DNA of 64,000 nucleotides from Camelus ferus (GCF_009834535.1 NC_045707.1:51772001-51836000), one strand, 5' to 3'; counted from the first letter of the stretch, positions 26,058 through 38,774 are shown. Numbers and translations are program-made. Notes: generated from the letters alone by a model not told the origin.

Positions 26058-26814
26058 TATTATTGTACCTAAATGCACCCAGGGACCTACCTGGAGGATT
26101 GAGAGAAATATGCACCACAGGACCAAAAATGCTTAGTGAGGAAGGGTGGGAGGAAGCTGGGAGTAGGGTGAAGGAGGGGATTTCACATTGTACATTTTCT
26201 ATACTTTTACATGGTGAGATTATATAGATGGTTTATTCTTTCAGCTTTGTGGTTTCAGGAGTACGCAAATACAGCATTATCAAAAAAAGAAAAAGGATGC
26301 AGACAATGGATATGGGACGAGTTTAAAACTTTCTCACAGGGAGGCTAAGGAAATCTACATATGCATCAGTTGAGTGAACGTCACTGTGCTAGGTTAGGCT
26401 GCCTTGGCTTATATGTTTACAATTATCTTGGACAGATCCTGAGAATCATGAATATATGAGACAGATGAGAAGATTTAGCTTTTTTCTTTTCTGTTTTAAA
26501 ATCTTACTGTTTTGTGCTGTATATTTAAAGTGACTCCTCATGTACAGGCAGAAAGCTCACAATGCACATCAGAGGGGAAAATGCCAGTTTTCATTGTTTT
26601 ATTTCTGTAACTTATATTTGGTCTCTTGTCCACCATGAAAATGAAAGGAAACAATAAATACAGGTTCACTTAACAAGTCATCATAGAAGATGTTTTTTCC
26701 TGCTAATGGCACTATAATTAATACTAAATCACTTAACTTTAAAATTAAATAGATATGTCCAGAAAGCAATTTCTAGAGTAATTGGACATTTATGTTTTGA
26801 AGAAACCTATGTGT

Positions 26815-27112
26815 TTGAGAAATAGAGCACTGACCTAGAAGTCAAGAGTCTATGTCAGGAGTCATCTCTTTGTCAAGTGTCTTAGTTTCAATATTCATAC
26901 TTTTAATTGGATCTTATTCACTACATACTTATCTGGGTTATTGTGAAAATATATAAAATAAATATTTGAACATTTAGCTTTGGAGAAGAAAATGTATACA
27001 GTTACATGCTCCATGAAGGCAGGGATTGTTAACCATTTTGTTTACTGCTTTGAACAAAATTTTTGAAAACAGTTGCATTCAATAAATATCTGTTGATAAA
27101 TGAATGAATAAA
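26815..27112 (+). mobile_element. Adjacent MIR (~26815-26975) and L2 3' end (~27005-27112) remnants
   Basis: AGAGCACTGACCTAGAAGTCAAGA...GGGTTATTGTGAAAAT; GCTCCATGAAGGCAGGGA...TCAATAAATATCTGTTGATAAATGAATGAAT. Confidence 0.6.
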
Positions 27113-27359
27113 TATAGTAATGCATATAATAATGCATGGCTTAACTTCCACTAGGAATAATCATTATCTCTGCCTTTTGCCAAAAGTGCTAGGGAAATTA
27201 TATAAATGACATTGACCCAGATATTCAAACACAAAGTTCTGCATAAAAGCATTCACATAAGATCATATTTTCAGAAAATCAAATTTTAGGCTGGTTTACT
27301 TGTCAAATTTTAAAAATAATTGTTTCTAATTCTGCCTAGGTGAAATAGATTATTACTAT

Positions 27360-27683
27360 GCTAAAGATAAACAAATGGGATCTAATTAAACTTAAAAGGT
27401 TTTGCACAGCTAAGGATACCATCAACAAAACAAAAAGACAACCCACAGAACGGAAGAAAATATTTGCAAATGATGCAACTGACAAGAGAATAATTTCCAA
27501 AGTATACAAACAGTTTATACAGCTTAATATCAAAAAAACAAGCAACCCAATCAAAAAATGGGCAGAAGACCTAAACAGACATCTCTCCAAAGAAGACATA
27601 TAGATGACCAAAAGCACACGAAAAGATATTCAACATCACTAATTAGAAATGCAAATCAAAGCTACAGTGAGATATTACCTCAC
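27360..27683 (+). mobile_element. Isolated internal L1 ORF2 C-terminal fragment
   Basis: [29 protein letters not shown]...[19 protein letters not shown]; no 3'UTR or polyA. Confidence 0.93.
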
Positions 27684-28064
27684 AAGCTGTTTCTTGGCAT
27701 TCGTCAGTCAATATATCTGCCTTCGCCTTAATACATTTGGAAATAACTAATACATATTAGTTAATCACTATGGACTACCTTATCATATTTCTTTAATATG
27801 GTCAAATGTAATAGGACATAGAGTTGACAACTGAGTATTTGATGGTGACAAGGGGTATTTTCTTGCCATAAAAAGAGTAACTAGTTGGATATTGGGTAAA
27901 AAAAGAATGCAAAAAGATGTAAATTATTTTAAATGAAAGTTACGTATTTGTATAGTTAAAATTCCATTCCCATCTAATGTTGAAGATACAAACATATGAA
28001 ATAAAAAATTAATTCATAGAGGATTTAATAGCAATTTTCCTCTTTACCCATTCTTATAGGAAAT

Positions 28065-28225
28065 ACATATTTATATTTATTTAATTATTTTATATGTTTA
28101 TATATTATGTATAATATATATCATATAAATTATATATTATATGTAAATTATATACTTTGTCTAAACTATATACATATATGTCTATGTATATCATTTATCT
28201 TTCTATTATCTATTTATCTGCCATC
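28065..28225. repeat. AT-rich low-complexity / degenerate (TA)n and (TATC)n tract
   Basis: Seen directly. Confidence 0.8.
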
Positions 28226-29904
28226 TGCTTATTTCCTGGAATAAGCTTCAGTTAATCACACCTCTATCAGCATTTCCATAGGAGGCTGAATGGTTAGTAT
28301 AAAAGCTACTGCAGATAATAACTGGAGCTGAATGTGATATTAAAACATGTGCATCATGCAATAGTTTGGTCTCTTGGAATCAGTCCCTCATACACCCTTT
28401 GCACAGCAAATAAATCTCAAAGACATAGCTAACTTCTTGTTTTTATCATCCTAGTTTGAAATTTTACCTAATATACTTTTCATTCTTTAACACAGGATAT
28501 AATGTACTGATGCTAGATAACAGTTAATTACTTTTCAAATCTGGAAATAGGAACACAAATCTGAATAGAAATAGAGTAATAGAAATAATTTAAAGTCAAT
28601 TAAACGAAAGCATGTTTTGAACACTTCAATGATTACACTTATTTCCTGCCTGTAATTAGACTTCATTTGGTTCTTCTACTAAAACAAAAAAATCACTTAA
28701 AGATTTTAAAAGATAATTGATATTTTTTGCTAAGCTCAACTTTGACAAACCCAAACAGTTACCTGCAATGGGAACAATCAAACAGGGTTTTAAGTTTAAA
28801 TGCTAATAACATGATCTATACTTCATTTAAGAATGACTTTTGATGTTGAAATACATGTAGAAAACCATAACAGGGAGAAATACCTATTGTCAGAAAAGGT
28901 AAAGAAATGAGTGAAAAAATTAAACAGCAGAGTCATTGCAATAAGTAATTCTTACAAAATTTAAATAAGCATACCATAAAAAGAACTTTCCCCAAAGGGG
29001 AATAGAGAATAGTAGGGGTGAAAGTTTGAGATGATGTGAGACTTTGTCAAAGACTCGATTGTCAGAGTGACATTATCATTATCAGTCCAGGTTTGTACTA
29101 TTTTTCTGAGTTTTTAGAATTTAGGAGGAGAATGAATGTTTATTGAGAATATATTATTTGCGAGATGGTGTGCTATCCAATTTCTTTTGGAGTTACCATG
29201 ATAATTTTCTTTTTAAAAAATGCAAGTATACCTGGCAGTGATTATATATCTAAGTAATTAACAAGTCGCTTTTCCTGAGACAGAAGACTGGGTGGACAGT
29301 GGAGTTTCCTGGGGAGAAAAATGGGGGAACTGAAGAAAGAAAGAAAAGGCACAGTCGGGTAAATTTTAAGCTTGAATATCACAGATTCAATGGGTAAGAA
29401 TCTAGTATTCTTTGTCAATGCAGACAATTTCATATGAAAATATTAGTGTTATTTTCAGTGGTATTAATTTCTTATTGAATAATATTTCATGCATCATTTT
29501 CTTTAATCATTCTTGAAATTATGTACATTTTTCACTTTTACCATCTGGAAATGTGTTAAAATACATAAGAATTTTGTTTTGGGTGCTAGAATCTTCCCCA
29601 GCAATATGGGACCTAATGGATGGGATTCCAGGAATAAGCACATAGCAAAGTCAAGTCTACTCATGTTAATGGAGAGGGCAGAATAAAGGGTAAGGCCTGG
29701 CTTAGAAATTGCAGAAACAGCCCACAGATCTAATCCACACAGGCCATTTATAGAGGCTAAAGAAATCAAAGCAAATAAATATATGCCTAGGGTTGACTAA
29801 TGGGAAAGATAAGTCCTGAGTGATGAATAGAAGGTGTATTTGAGGTTCCCCTTTTATAACACGTCATTAATTTATCTTGTCTCTTCTATTTCTAAGAACG
29901 GAAT

Positions 29905-30535
29905 TGAGACAGGAAGAGAGCAGGGCACAGCCATTCAAGGAATGCTATAGCAATTAACATCAAAATGGTGAAAGATTCAACCCCCAGTAGGCCTTGAGGC
30001 TCAAGATGGTGGGAGGTTTGACTTCTAACAGATCTTGAGCTTATACACCCATTGTAATATATTAATATGGTAAATAACACGCCCACAGGTGCCATGACAG
30101 TCTCAAGCCTAGCCACAAAAGCTCAAGAGTGGGAAATGGCTAACTTCCTGGGAATCCCAGCCCGTTCCCCAGCCTAGTTAGACTGGTCCTTCCACTTACT
30201 AGCATATGAAGCCACCAAGCCCATAAAAACTGGCAATAAGGTGCCTCGCAGCTGCTGCCCACTCTCTCTCTCCCACTTTGGAGATGGCCCGCACTCTTGT
30301 CTATGGAGTGTGTACCTACTTTTAATCTGAGAACCCAAACCCCACACTTCGTGGCCTTTCTCTTGCCTTTCAATGTACCTCTCTGAATAAATCTACCTTT
30401 ACTCAACTGTGGCTAGCTCTTGAATTCTTTCCTGCGCAAAGCCAAGGACCCACACTTGGCGGGGCACGTCCCAGGGTCTCAACTGAAGCCTGGGACATGG
30501 CCCTTCTCAGACCCTACATCTGTTTTTCCAGCACC
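29905..30535 (+). mobile_element. ERV1-type solo LTR (same family as 33895-34553)
   Basis: Colinear with 33895-34553 over its length; starts TGAGACAGG; AATAAA at ~30387; 3' terminus decayed, possible TSD GAAT/TAAT. Confidence 0.9.
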
Positions 30536-30617
30536 TAATCAAAAAAGGAGTTGACTTTGCGATGCTTTCAAGTACTAGAAATGTTTTTATATTTATATTT
30601 TTGTTATGATGGATAAT

Positions 30618-30792
30618 AGCTATATGACCCTGTTCAAATCTTTTAGCCTTTTTAAAAATGAGATTATTAATCTGTAAAAAACAGACATACCACTTAGTGT
30701 TCTTAAGAGAATTATATAAATGCTTTTAAAATGTTTAGCATAGTGCCTGGAACCTAAAAACAAAAACTTGTTAAATGTTATTTATTGTTATT
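30618..30792 (+). mobile_element. MIR remnant
   Basis: GCTATATGACCCTG...AATCTGTAAAA...TTTAGCATAGTGCCTGGAAC...TAAATGTTATTTATTGTTA. Confidence 0.6.
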
Positions 30793-32255
30793 AAGACGTA
30801 TTACAAAGTGGTCCATTCCTTATAATCTAGTTCTATAATCAGACTTAATTTGTATAACAAAATTTTATTCCCGAACTCTTAATTTTAGATACATTTAGAT
30901 CTGTGCTAACTTCATGAGCAGTTTAACTGTACTTTGCTCCCTTCTCCAAGTAACAGGTTTGATTTTTTTTTAATAATACATTTAAATGAACATTTATGCT
31001 AGTGTCAGTGGACTTAAATTGATATACTAAAGGGAAGATTGACAACAAAATATTTTCTTGTAATATTAATAGAAAATGACATTAAATGATACTTGTCAAA
31101 CACATGACTTGTAAGGTTTTTTTTTTAGCTAGAACGATGCGTTATGTTACTTTTGCCTTTTTGTTTCTTCCCTAAAATAAGCCATCAGGGCATTTTGACT
31201 ATAGTTATATATTTTAACAGAAACTTTGAAAAATGACACTGCAGAGGTTGGACTATGTAGAGCTGTGGGCCTACAGATGGTTTATCAAAATATTCTTAAG
31301 TTTATATTGGGTACTTTCCTCAAAAAAACCAAATTTGGGTTAATATATCATTTGCTAACTAACTACTGACAAACCCCTTTTGAGAGAGGGGAAAAAAAAA
31401 ACTTCTGTGATTCATTCCAACAAATAGATCAATCAAGAGATATAATCTTTATGCAAATGCTGATGGTTCACCAGGAAACAAAGGAAATATTCTGTCTAGT
31501 TATTATGGAAACTGCTTGAAAATTGCAGATGCCCTAAATTTATAGCTTCTGCTGTTTTCTATATCACTTTGCAGTTTGCAGCTCCAGAGAAAACACTGTT
31601 GCTTAATGACAGGGACAGTTATGTTTGGGTTGCGTTTTCCTTTGCGGAGCAGAATTAACACTCTAGGAAATACGAAATCATATTTGTCTCAAACTGGTAG
31701 CTTCAAATACATAGAAAAACATAGAAGATTAAAGTACAAAGGAAAGGTAATATGGGGAAAATAGCAGGTTTGTAAATAAGTAAACTTTACAAACTTAAGA
31801 TGTCTGTTTAAAGACAAAGTCAATGCATTTTTATAAGCATGTGCAGTACCTTACTTAAATAAGCTGCGCACAGAACCTTTTCACCTAGATGTCTATCACC
31901 TCAAGTTACTGAAAACTAAAACTACCAATGTCATTAGAAAGCAAATTCAATCTTCTGAACTGTTCATTTCTGAGCACTCATTTTACAGTTCTTTTTAACC
32001 TGTGTAAGATGTATTTATTCTCTGACATTCATACAGACATTTCATTAGCAATGTTATGTGTACTTTTTTCCTCAAAAATCTGTTTCCTTTTTATTTTAGT
32101 CAGTTTTAGAATGGAAGTGTTCTCCAAGAGAAATGTATGTTTATTTTTCATTGCACAACAGTCGAAAAAAATAATAAAAATAAAATGATCTGCAGGAGTA
32201 CCACAGTAGTTACTGTTTTGCTCCTAACATTTCAGAAAATATCAATAATCTATAG

Positions 32256-32445
32256 CAGAGTTTAGCAAACTTTTTCTGTAAATGTCAGATAGTATTTTAG
32301 ACTCTGTGCACCATGCCTGTCTCAACTACTCAATTCTGCCAAAGCAGTGCAAAAGTGGCCATAGACAATATAAGAGCATTGAGTGTGGCTGTGTTACAGT
32401 AAACATCTAATTATTAAAAAAGAACTACAATTTTTTATGATCTCT
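32256..32445 (+). mobile_element. MER58-like hAT/Charlie DNA transposon remnant
   Basis: CAGAGTTTAGCAAACTTTTTTCTGTAAATGTCAGATAGTA...CAACTACTCAATTCTGCC...GCCATAGACAATA...GTGTGGCTGTGTT. Confidence 0.8.
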
Positions 32446-32559
32446 TCTATAGAATAAAGTACCTATCTCAGGTATCAGAACCTGCCTCATTAATATCTGG
32501 GTATCTCCTTCAAAGAACTTTTCTATGCATAGGGGTAAACAGGTGTACATATAAAGGAT

Positions 32560-33673
32560 AAATGCCATTCATTTTTGTTGTCTGAATCTAAACTATTTTC
32601 CTGTTTGGATTATCTTCCACTTTATAACTAACTATTGTTAGGATTCACATTCTACTATAGGAAAGTAAGATTCCTACTTTCCCAGACTCTCTTGCACCTA
32701 ACACACCTGCGTTTAAACTTAGACATACCTGCCAGTGAAACTGAATATAAAATTATCAACGTAAATAATTAAAGTTCAAGAAGAATCCATTCTAGCTAAG
32801 GATGGTAGCAGAGACTCAATGGTACTGAAAGCAGCTCTTTTGCCCCTTTCCTGTTTGCCCATTTCTGTTCTCTTCTAACCATAAAAGAACCCAATTACAG
32901 GAATGAGATCACTAAGCAATTGAAACTAACTCCTAACTTACGCTCTCTTGAATGCACACACAATCTAACTTGTAGATGGTTTTCCTAGATGAAAAGACAT
33001 AAGAATGAAGAATTAAGTAGTTGAAGAATTAGGTACTTAAAGGATGATTAGCTCTCTGCTGCCAACAGCCCCTGTAGCAATCCTTCAGGCAGATCATGAG
33101 GGCAACATGACATCTGAAGAGATGAAGAGCCAGTCTGCACACAATAGAGAATGATGCAGAACCCAACCTCCTGCCTTGATCATTCACTGAGATTCTTCCT
33201 CCCATTTTTCCCTTTAAAAACTATCATGACCGGGCAGAATCTTCAGAGCTGGTCTCTGAACATGCGCTCATCTTCTCCCCAGATGGCCAGTTTTCTGATT
33301 AAAGCCTCTTTCCTTTTTACTGACTTTCCTCTTGAATTATTGGCATGTGAGTGGCGAGCAGCCGAATCTGAGTTCGGTAACAGTACAACATCGAGTTTCC
33401 AAGTAAGAAGTTATTGTGATACAATAGTTAACTGCAGACACCCGGGCTGTCATAGTTAGCAGTATAATCTGAGGTGTGCTTTGTTAAGCAATGGAAACAT
33501 TAACGTATTCATCACACTGGTTTTATGCTAAATCATTGCTTGTTTTCCAAATCTCATGCGGACTACATTTTTCCTTGAAAATGTGCTGACTACCAAATTT
33601 CCTCTTAATGAATGACTTTCTGAGGTAATTATTCAATGGGAGATCTTGTTTGAAACCAGCTCTCATTGATACA
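32560..33673 (+). mobile_element. Ancient ERV-L LTR (LTR33-like), interrupted by a younger LTR
   Basis: TTTCCCAGACTCTCTTGCACCTA motif; 3' end TTGTTTGAAACCAGCTCTCATTGATACA followed by a PBS-like GAAAACTGTACTA and ERV-L gag remains. Confidence 0.5.
32826..33382 (+). mobile_element. ERV1-type solo LTR
   Basis: TG...CA termini, perfect TSD GTAC (32822-32825 / 33383-33386), ATTAAA at ~33298. Confidence 0.88.
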
Positions 33674-33894
33674 GAAAACTGTACTATGAGAGGTTGTGGT
33701 GAGTTCAGAGAATGTTAGATTGGTGACTTGGAACCAAGGGTAGTAAAAAATCACGCTAGTAAGCTGAGAAATTCGTCTTCAAAATTCCCAGGGATTTCAA
33801 AAATTGTAATTGGTCAAATTATTACTTATTGTGACCTAAAATGAAGTAACCATCAAAGATAAATTTTATTAAGAACTTGTGGCTGCTGCTATAG

Positions 33895-34553
33895 TGAGGC
33901 TGGAAGGGGACAGGGCACAGCCATTTAAAGAATAACACAGCAATTAACATCAGAATGGTGAAAGATTCAACCCCCATTAGGCCTTGAGGCTCAAAATGGT
34001 AGATTTGACTTCTAGTAGACCTTGAGTTTCATTATACACCCATTGCAATATATTAACACGATGAATAACATGCCCACAGATGCCATGATAGTCCCAAGGC
34101 TAGCCATAAAAGGTCAAAGAGTGGGAAATGGCCAACTGCCTGGGAATCCCAGCCCCTTCCCCAGCCTAGTTAGACTGGTCCTTCCACTTATAGGATATGA
34201 AGCTAGAAAGCCCATAAAAATTGGCAACAAGGCTCCTCATGTCTGCCTCTGTCTCTACCCTCCTCTTCAGAGATAGCCCACACTCTGTCTATGGAGTGTG
34301 TATCTACTTTTACTCTAATCTGAGCACCCAACCCTCACACCTCATGGTCTTTCTCTTACCTTTTGAAACAGCCTACACTCTATGCAGTATGCATCTCTCT
34401 AAATAAATCTGCCTTTACTCAACTGTGGCTTGCTCTTGAAATCTTTCCCATGCAAAGCCAAGGACCCACACTTGGCAGGGCACTTCCCAGGGGTTCAACT
34501 GAGGCCTGGGACATGGCCCTCCTCACGCCTCACATCCATTTTTTCCTGCATCA
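33895..34553 (+). mobile_element. ERV1-type solo LTR nested in the ERV-L relic
   Basis: TG...CA termini, perfect TSD ATAG (33891-33894 / 34554-34557), AATAAA at ~34402, internal duplicated CACACTCT...TATG..GTGTGTATCT unit. Confidence 0.92.
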
Positions 34554-35229
34554 ATAGAACAAAATGAACATAAGAATAACTTGACATCATTGTGGTGGAG
34601 TGGTTGTTACCGACTCCACTGCATAAAGAAGAGAATGACAACTTAAAATTTCTAATTTCAAAATTTTATCTCATAGTACAAACTTTCTCTTATTATTTTA
34701 AATAATCTCTTATAAATGAAGCTGGAGCACCACAATAGGCCCCCCACAAAAGTTTGATTCTGCAGGCTTCCAAATGATAATATTAGTCAAATTCTGATTA
34801 AATTGATAAAGTACAGGCTCATCAAGTATCTTCTATGAAATTAAGAGCATTGATGGAGGAAAGGTGGGACCCAAAGAATAGGAATGCAAACATATGGAAG
34901 GATCAGAGGATTTGGGTTTATCTGAATTACTAAACACACTAAAACTTTCCATGCCAACTAAACAAGTTGTCATACTGCTGTCTATGGTGGTAGTTCTTCC
35001 TTTCTTAAAATACTAAATGTTCTTATCTAAGGGATTTTTCTTACATAAAGAAGCCAATGTACCTAATGTACCCACCTAAACACATACTGTTTTAATCCAA
35101 TTTCTAACTAGAATTAGTTTCCATCAAGTACTTGGGACCACCCAATTACACTGCCAAATCTTAAAATAAAAATATTTGCAAGAATTGGCATTTTATTTTT
35201 GAATATTGTATTATTATTTTGTAATTATT

Positions 35230-35612
35230 TGTTCCTCATTGATAGGATTACCCATCAACATCTTAGGCACGTTTCTCACCTCACTGTTAAGCATGGACAT
35301 GTTTTGGTCAATAGAAAGTGGGAAAACCCAAGATGTATCATGTATAAGTAGAAGCATTTAACATGTATAGCAGAACTTTGCATTCCACACACTGTCCCCT
35401 GCCATAAGAACAGAAGCTCTCAGATAATGACTCTGCTTCAGTCTTGGTCCTGGAATGGGTCTGTACCTGGAGTAGAGACACAGCTGACATACTCTCCAAG
35501 AAGAATATGAATAATGTATTTGAACATGAAGAATGAAGTAAATATTTTTGTTGTTAAGTCACTGAGATCTGGGGATTTTTTTCTTACTGCAGCATCACTG
35601 AGAAAAATATGA
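35230..35612 (+). mobile_element. Old MaLR LTR (MLT1I/J-like) inside the ERV-L relic
   Basis: TTTGGTCAATAGAAAGTGGG...TCTGCTTCAGTCTTGGTCCTGGAATG...TTGTTGTTAAGTCACTGAGATCTGGGGATT...TTACTGCAGCAT. Confidence 0.7.
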
Positions 35613-37719
35613 GGAATAGATTTTTTGTTACAGATTCTAAGGTTGATTCCAACTACAAAAGTGTGAAATGTTAATTTGGACCAAAATTATCAATATATGC
35701 ACGATTTCTACTTATTCCAATTCAGTATTTTTTAGAACAGCAAATAATTTGAATTATTAACCTGGTAGGTTGACAGAAAGTAGTTTTGTACTATAAATGT
35801 CTTTAAGTAAATAAGACTGTCCAAGTAAATTGATTATGTGCAACTTGTTAATCTCTTTCTAGATATGTCTCCTGGGAGGGCCCAGAAAATAGTACTTTCT
35901 CATAATAAATACACTGGCAGGGTGAACACTAGCATTCATTACATACATACACATACTTAGTATGTTATGTACACTATTTTAGGGATTAAGGAACACAAAA
36001 GTAAAATGTGCTTCTTGATTTCAATATATAGGATCTTGAGGTGACAGAAGATAAGCAGTGATTAAACTACGGCTGCAAGATGGGCAAGTTTATCATGACA
36101 GGTAACTTACCCAGAATTTCCCCAGTGGTACACAGAGGAGCATTTCATTAATGTCTTAGTGATTTGTATAAACAAAAACACTATAGTTAATTTGAGCCCT
36201 TTTATGTAGAGTCAAGAAACGTCACTTAAGTCTAGTCTTTGAGTTTGTCATAAACCCAGAGGTCCTTGAAAAAAGGTATATGATGTACCTAACACATAAG
36301 GAAGCATGTAGAAAAGCAACTGTAAAATGCAGCATACAAGATGATGAGGTATTTCACATTTCTAGAGGAAAAAAAAAAAAAGAAAAGGAGCAGAGCTTAT
36401 AAACGATAATTTTTTTTGAGATGGGAAAAGCTTAAACACAATATAAATGAGTTGGTCTAAATACTCAAAGAGCAGCCAGGATGAGCAGTAATTTAAACAA
36501 TCAGCTTCAAAAACATTAAAAAATATTTTCAAAAAACTAAACTGTTATTTACATTAAGGATTTTGTCCATTTGTCCACTAGGTTTTTAAGTAAATTGTAA
36601 TAATTATTAGAATAGGAACAAAATTTAATTAGTAATGAATGGCACCATGTTGCCTTAAACTACATAGATAATTTTAGAAATTATAGATCGTGGTGTGAAT
36701 ACTGAATGATTCATATCATTACAGTGATTTAATTACTGTTTTAATTATTTAAATCCATAGAGCAATCACATTTTTAATCTTCTTAAATTAATAAATTCCC
36801 ATCTACTATAGAGAAACAATGTTGAAAGATATTTTTCTGGCTAAGATTGAGATTTATGAATCGATGCTTTAAGCATTTTACTTTAAGAACTAGAAAATAT
36901 ATCTTTTTTTTCTGGTATCAATATAAAAAAATCATACAAGGTGTTTGTTGGCATATTATTATATGCAATTTAATCTTGAATCTGGTGAATGTTTTCAACT
37001 GGAAAGAAATCACTTTATGACAAACAGTCTTACAAGAAATAAATTAATAATCAAGTTAAGAATTTAATAATCTAATTGTTTAAAACTTGGTTTTGTTTAA
37101 GCATTTCCACTTTGATTATATTCGTTAACTTAAGAAAGCTCTTTGCTAAAGTTCTGAGGGGACTTTTAGTTGGACAGAAACAATACTGCATACTGGGTAA
37201 GTATACTAAACCTGGAGACAGGTTATCCAGGTTTGTGTTTCATACATATGTATTACACACGTCTGTACATAACAATGTGTGTGTTATAAATATCTGTAAC
37301 CAAATCATTTCAAGGCTTGATAAATTTTTAACATAGTTTGTACATTTTTTATGAAAGGTACTAGTAATGCTTTACTACATAGTGCAATGAATTTTTACTG
37401 TTAATCCTTGTGTCCACTTTTGGAGTTGAGTGTTGTTGGTAATCAATATGTGATGTACACTTAAGGAAAAAAAACCAAGAAAACCTTACCTTACTCCTCT
37501 CTAAGATATTTATGTTTAACTCCCTCATAGTGTTGCTGTCACAAGTAAGTGAGCAATGCATCCAAAACATTTATAGAAAAGCATAGTACATATTAAAGAC
37601 TATGTATGCTACAGGCTAAATCTCAATCTTGGCAAGAAAGATACGTGAAACTTGGATATACTTGATAAATTCCGATATTAACATTTACAGTCAGAAATGT
37701 TAAAAGCTTGAGTGTCATC

Positions 37720-37920
37720 AAAATACCTGAATGATTCCTGTGGTATGCAGAAGAGTCTAGATTAGGGTTAGAATAATTGAATTATCATGACATTATTTAC
37801 ATGTTGTGTGACTTCAAACAATCATAAGCCTTTCTTTACTCGAAAGCTAAGATAATAATATTGACACTAAACCATAGGATTGAGAGAATTTAATGAAGTA
37901 AACAATGTGTTTTATAAACT
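37720..37920 (+). mobile_element. MIR remnant
   Basis: TTTACATGTTGTGTGACTTCAAACAATCA...ATAATAATA...CCATAGGATTGAGAGAATTTAATGA. Confidence 0.45.
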
Positions 37921-37963
37921 TCTGGTCATCCAACCTTGAAATAGGAGCCCTGGGGTCAGTTTC

Positions 37964-38650
37964 TGTAATGTGATTCTAATATTTAGAGCTGGATATCAGA
38001 GTGGAGGGCCTGGCCTATGCAGTTAGGACAAAAAGCTCACACAGGAACTCAAGGTCACTCTGAAGCCACCGATGCAGGACAGGCAGGTGGAAAGAAAGAA
38101 CACAGTCAGAAACGACTGGTCTGCAAAAGGCAGAAGAAGTGAAATGTACAGATTCAGTTAATAGTCTACAGAGACTGAGAAAGGAAAGGCTTTTTAAAGT
38201 TCATGAATCGAAAGAGAATGCTTTAGTGTGCTAAACTGGATCAGCCAGAATTCTCTAAAGCACCAAGTATAAGTCATAAACATTAAACAGTACCCTTCCC
38301 CCCCAGTGACATCTCAGGCAGACACTACTGTCCTCTTCACAGACGAGAAGCACCTACTGTCTTCCCCAGTTAGTTCACTTATGTGACAGACTCGATACGT
38401 TTAAAGCAGGAAGGCTGCTTTAGCTCCATGCTGTGGAGCCCTTGTTTGTTAGCGCTGTTCCTCTTCAAGTCACTTAGGTTGCAGTGAAAGCAGAAGTGGT
38501 ATTTGGTGTTGTGTTTCTCAGCTGGTATTGGGCAATTTTTCATAATGGTGAAACTTATCAAAATGTACCTGGATCCACCATACCTTCAGTTAGGGGCTTC
38601 CTCAGATGATCTATTGCTGATCCTGATCCTTATCTTTTCCCTTTTAGGCT
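37964..38650 (-). mobile_element. Possible ancient Gypsy-type LTR element: integrase tail, PPT and 3' LTR (~37964-38289)
   Basis: Minus strand reads LKVWWIQVHFDKFHHYE (like the VH.DRLKPY integrase tail), then GGGGGGGAAGGG (38293-38304) three bases before TGT; a candidate far end ...CATTACA at 37964. Confidence 0.4.
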
Positions 38651-38774
38651 AGGTTACATTTATATTATTTTTCCTTTTAGCATCTACCTTTTCCATTTCA
38701 GAGCTTGGGGCAGATGGAATTTGCTGAAGATGTTCATATCAACATATATATACAACACACATATATACATATAT

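Larger units (their letters stand above)
33674..36275 (+). pseudogene. Heavily decayed ERV-L internal region (gag relic)
   Basis: 34814-34903 translates QAHQVSSMKLRALMEERWDPKNRNANIWKD, resembling ERV-L Gag (recalled as QVSTVKVRALIGKEWDP..WNGDVWED). Later colinear traces: ILR...LDQ near 35630-35690, WEGPE near 35873, DPE-like near 36250. Confidence 0.7.

Noticed and set aside
29905..34553. A ~4.6 kb provirus bounded by two matching LTRs
   Set aside because: The second LTR has its own perfect TSD (ATAG), no PBS follows the first, the LTRs differ by indels, and the interval holds much older MIR, MER58 and ERV-L sequence.
38379..38561. 60-aa ORF with CFHC as a zinc-knuckle or terminal exon
   Set aside because: The CCHC spacing is incomplete, there is no good upstream acceptor, and the adjacent purine tract + TGT is better explained as a retroelement end.
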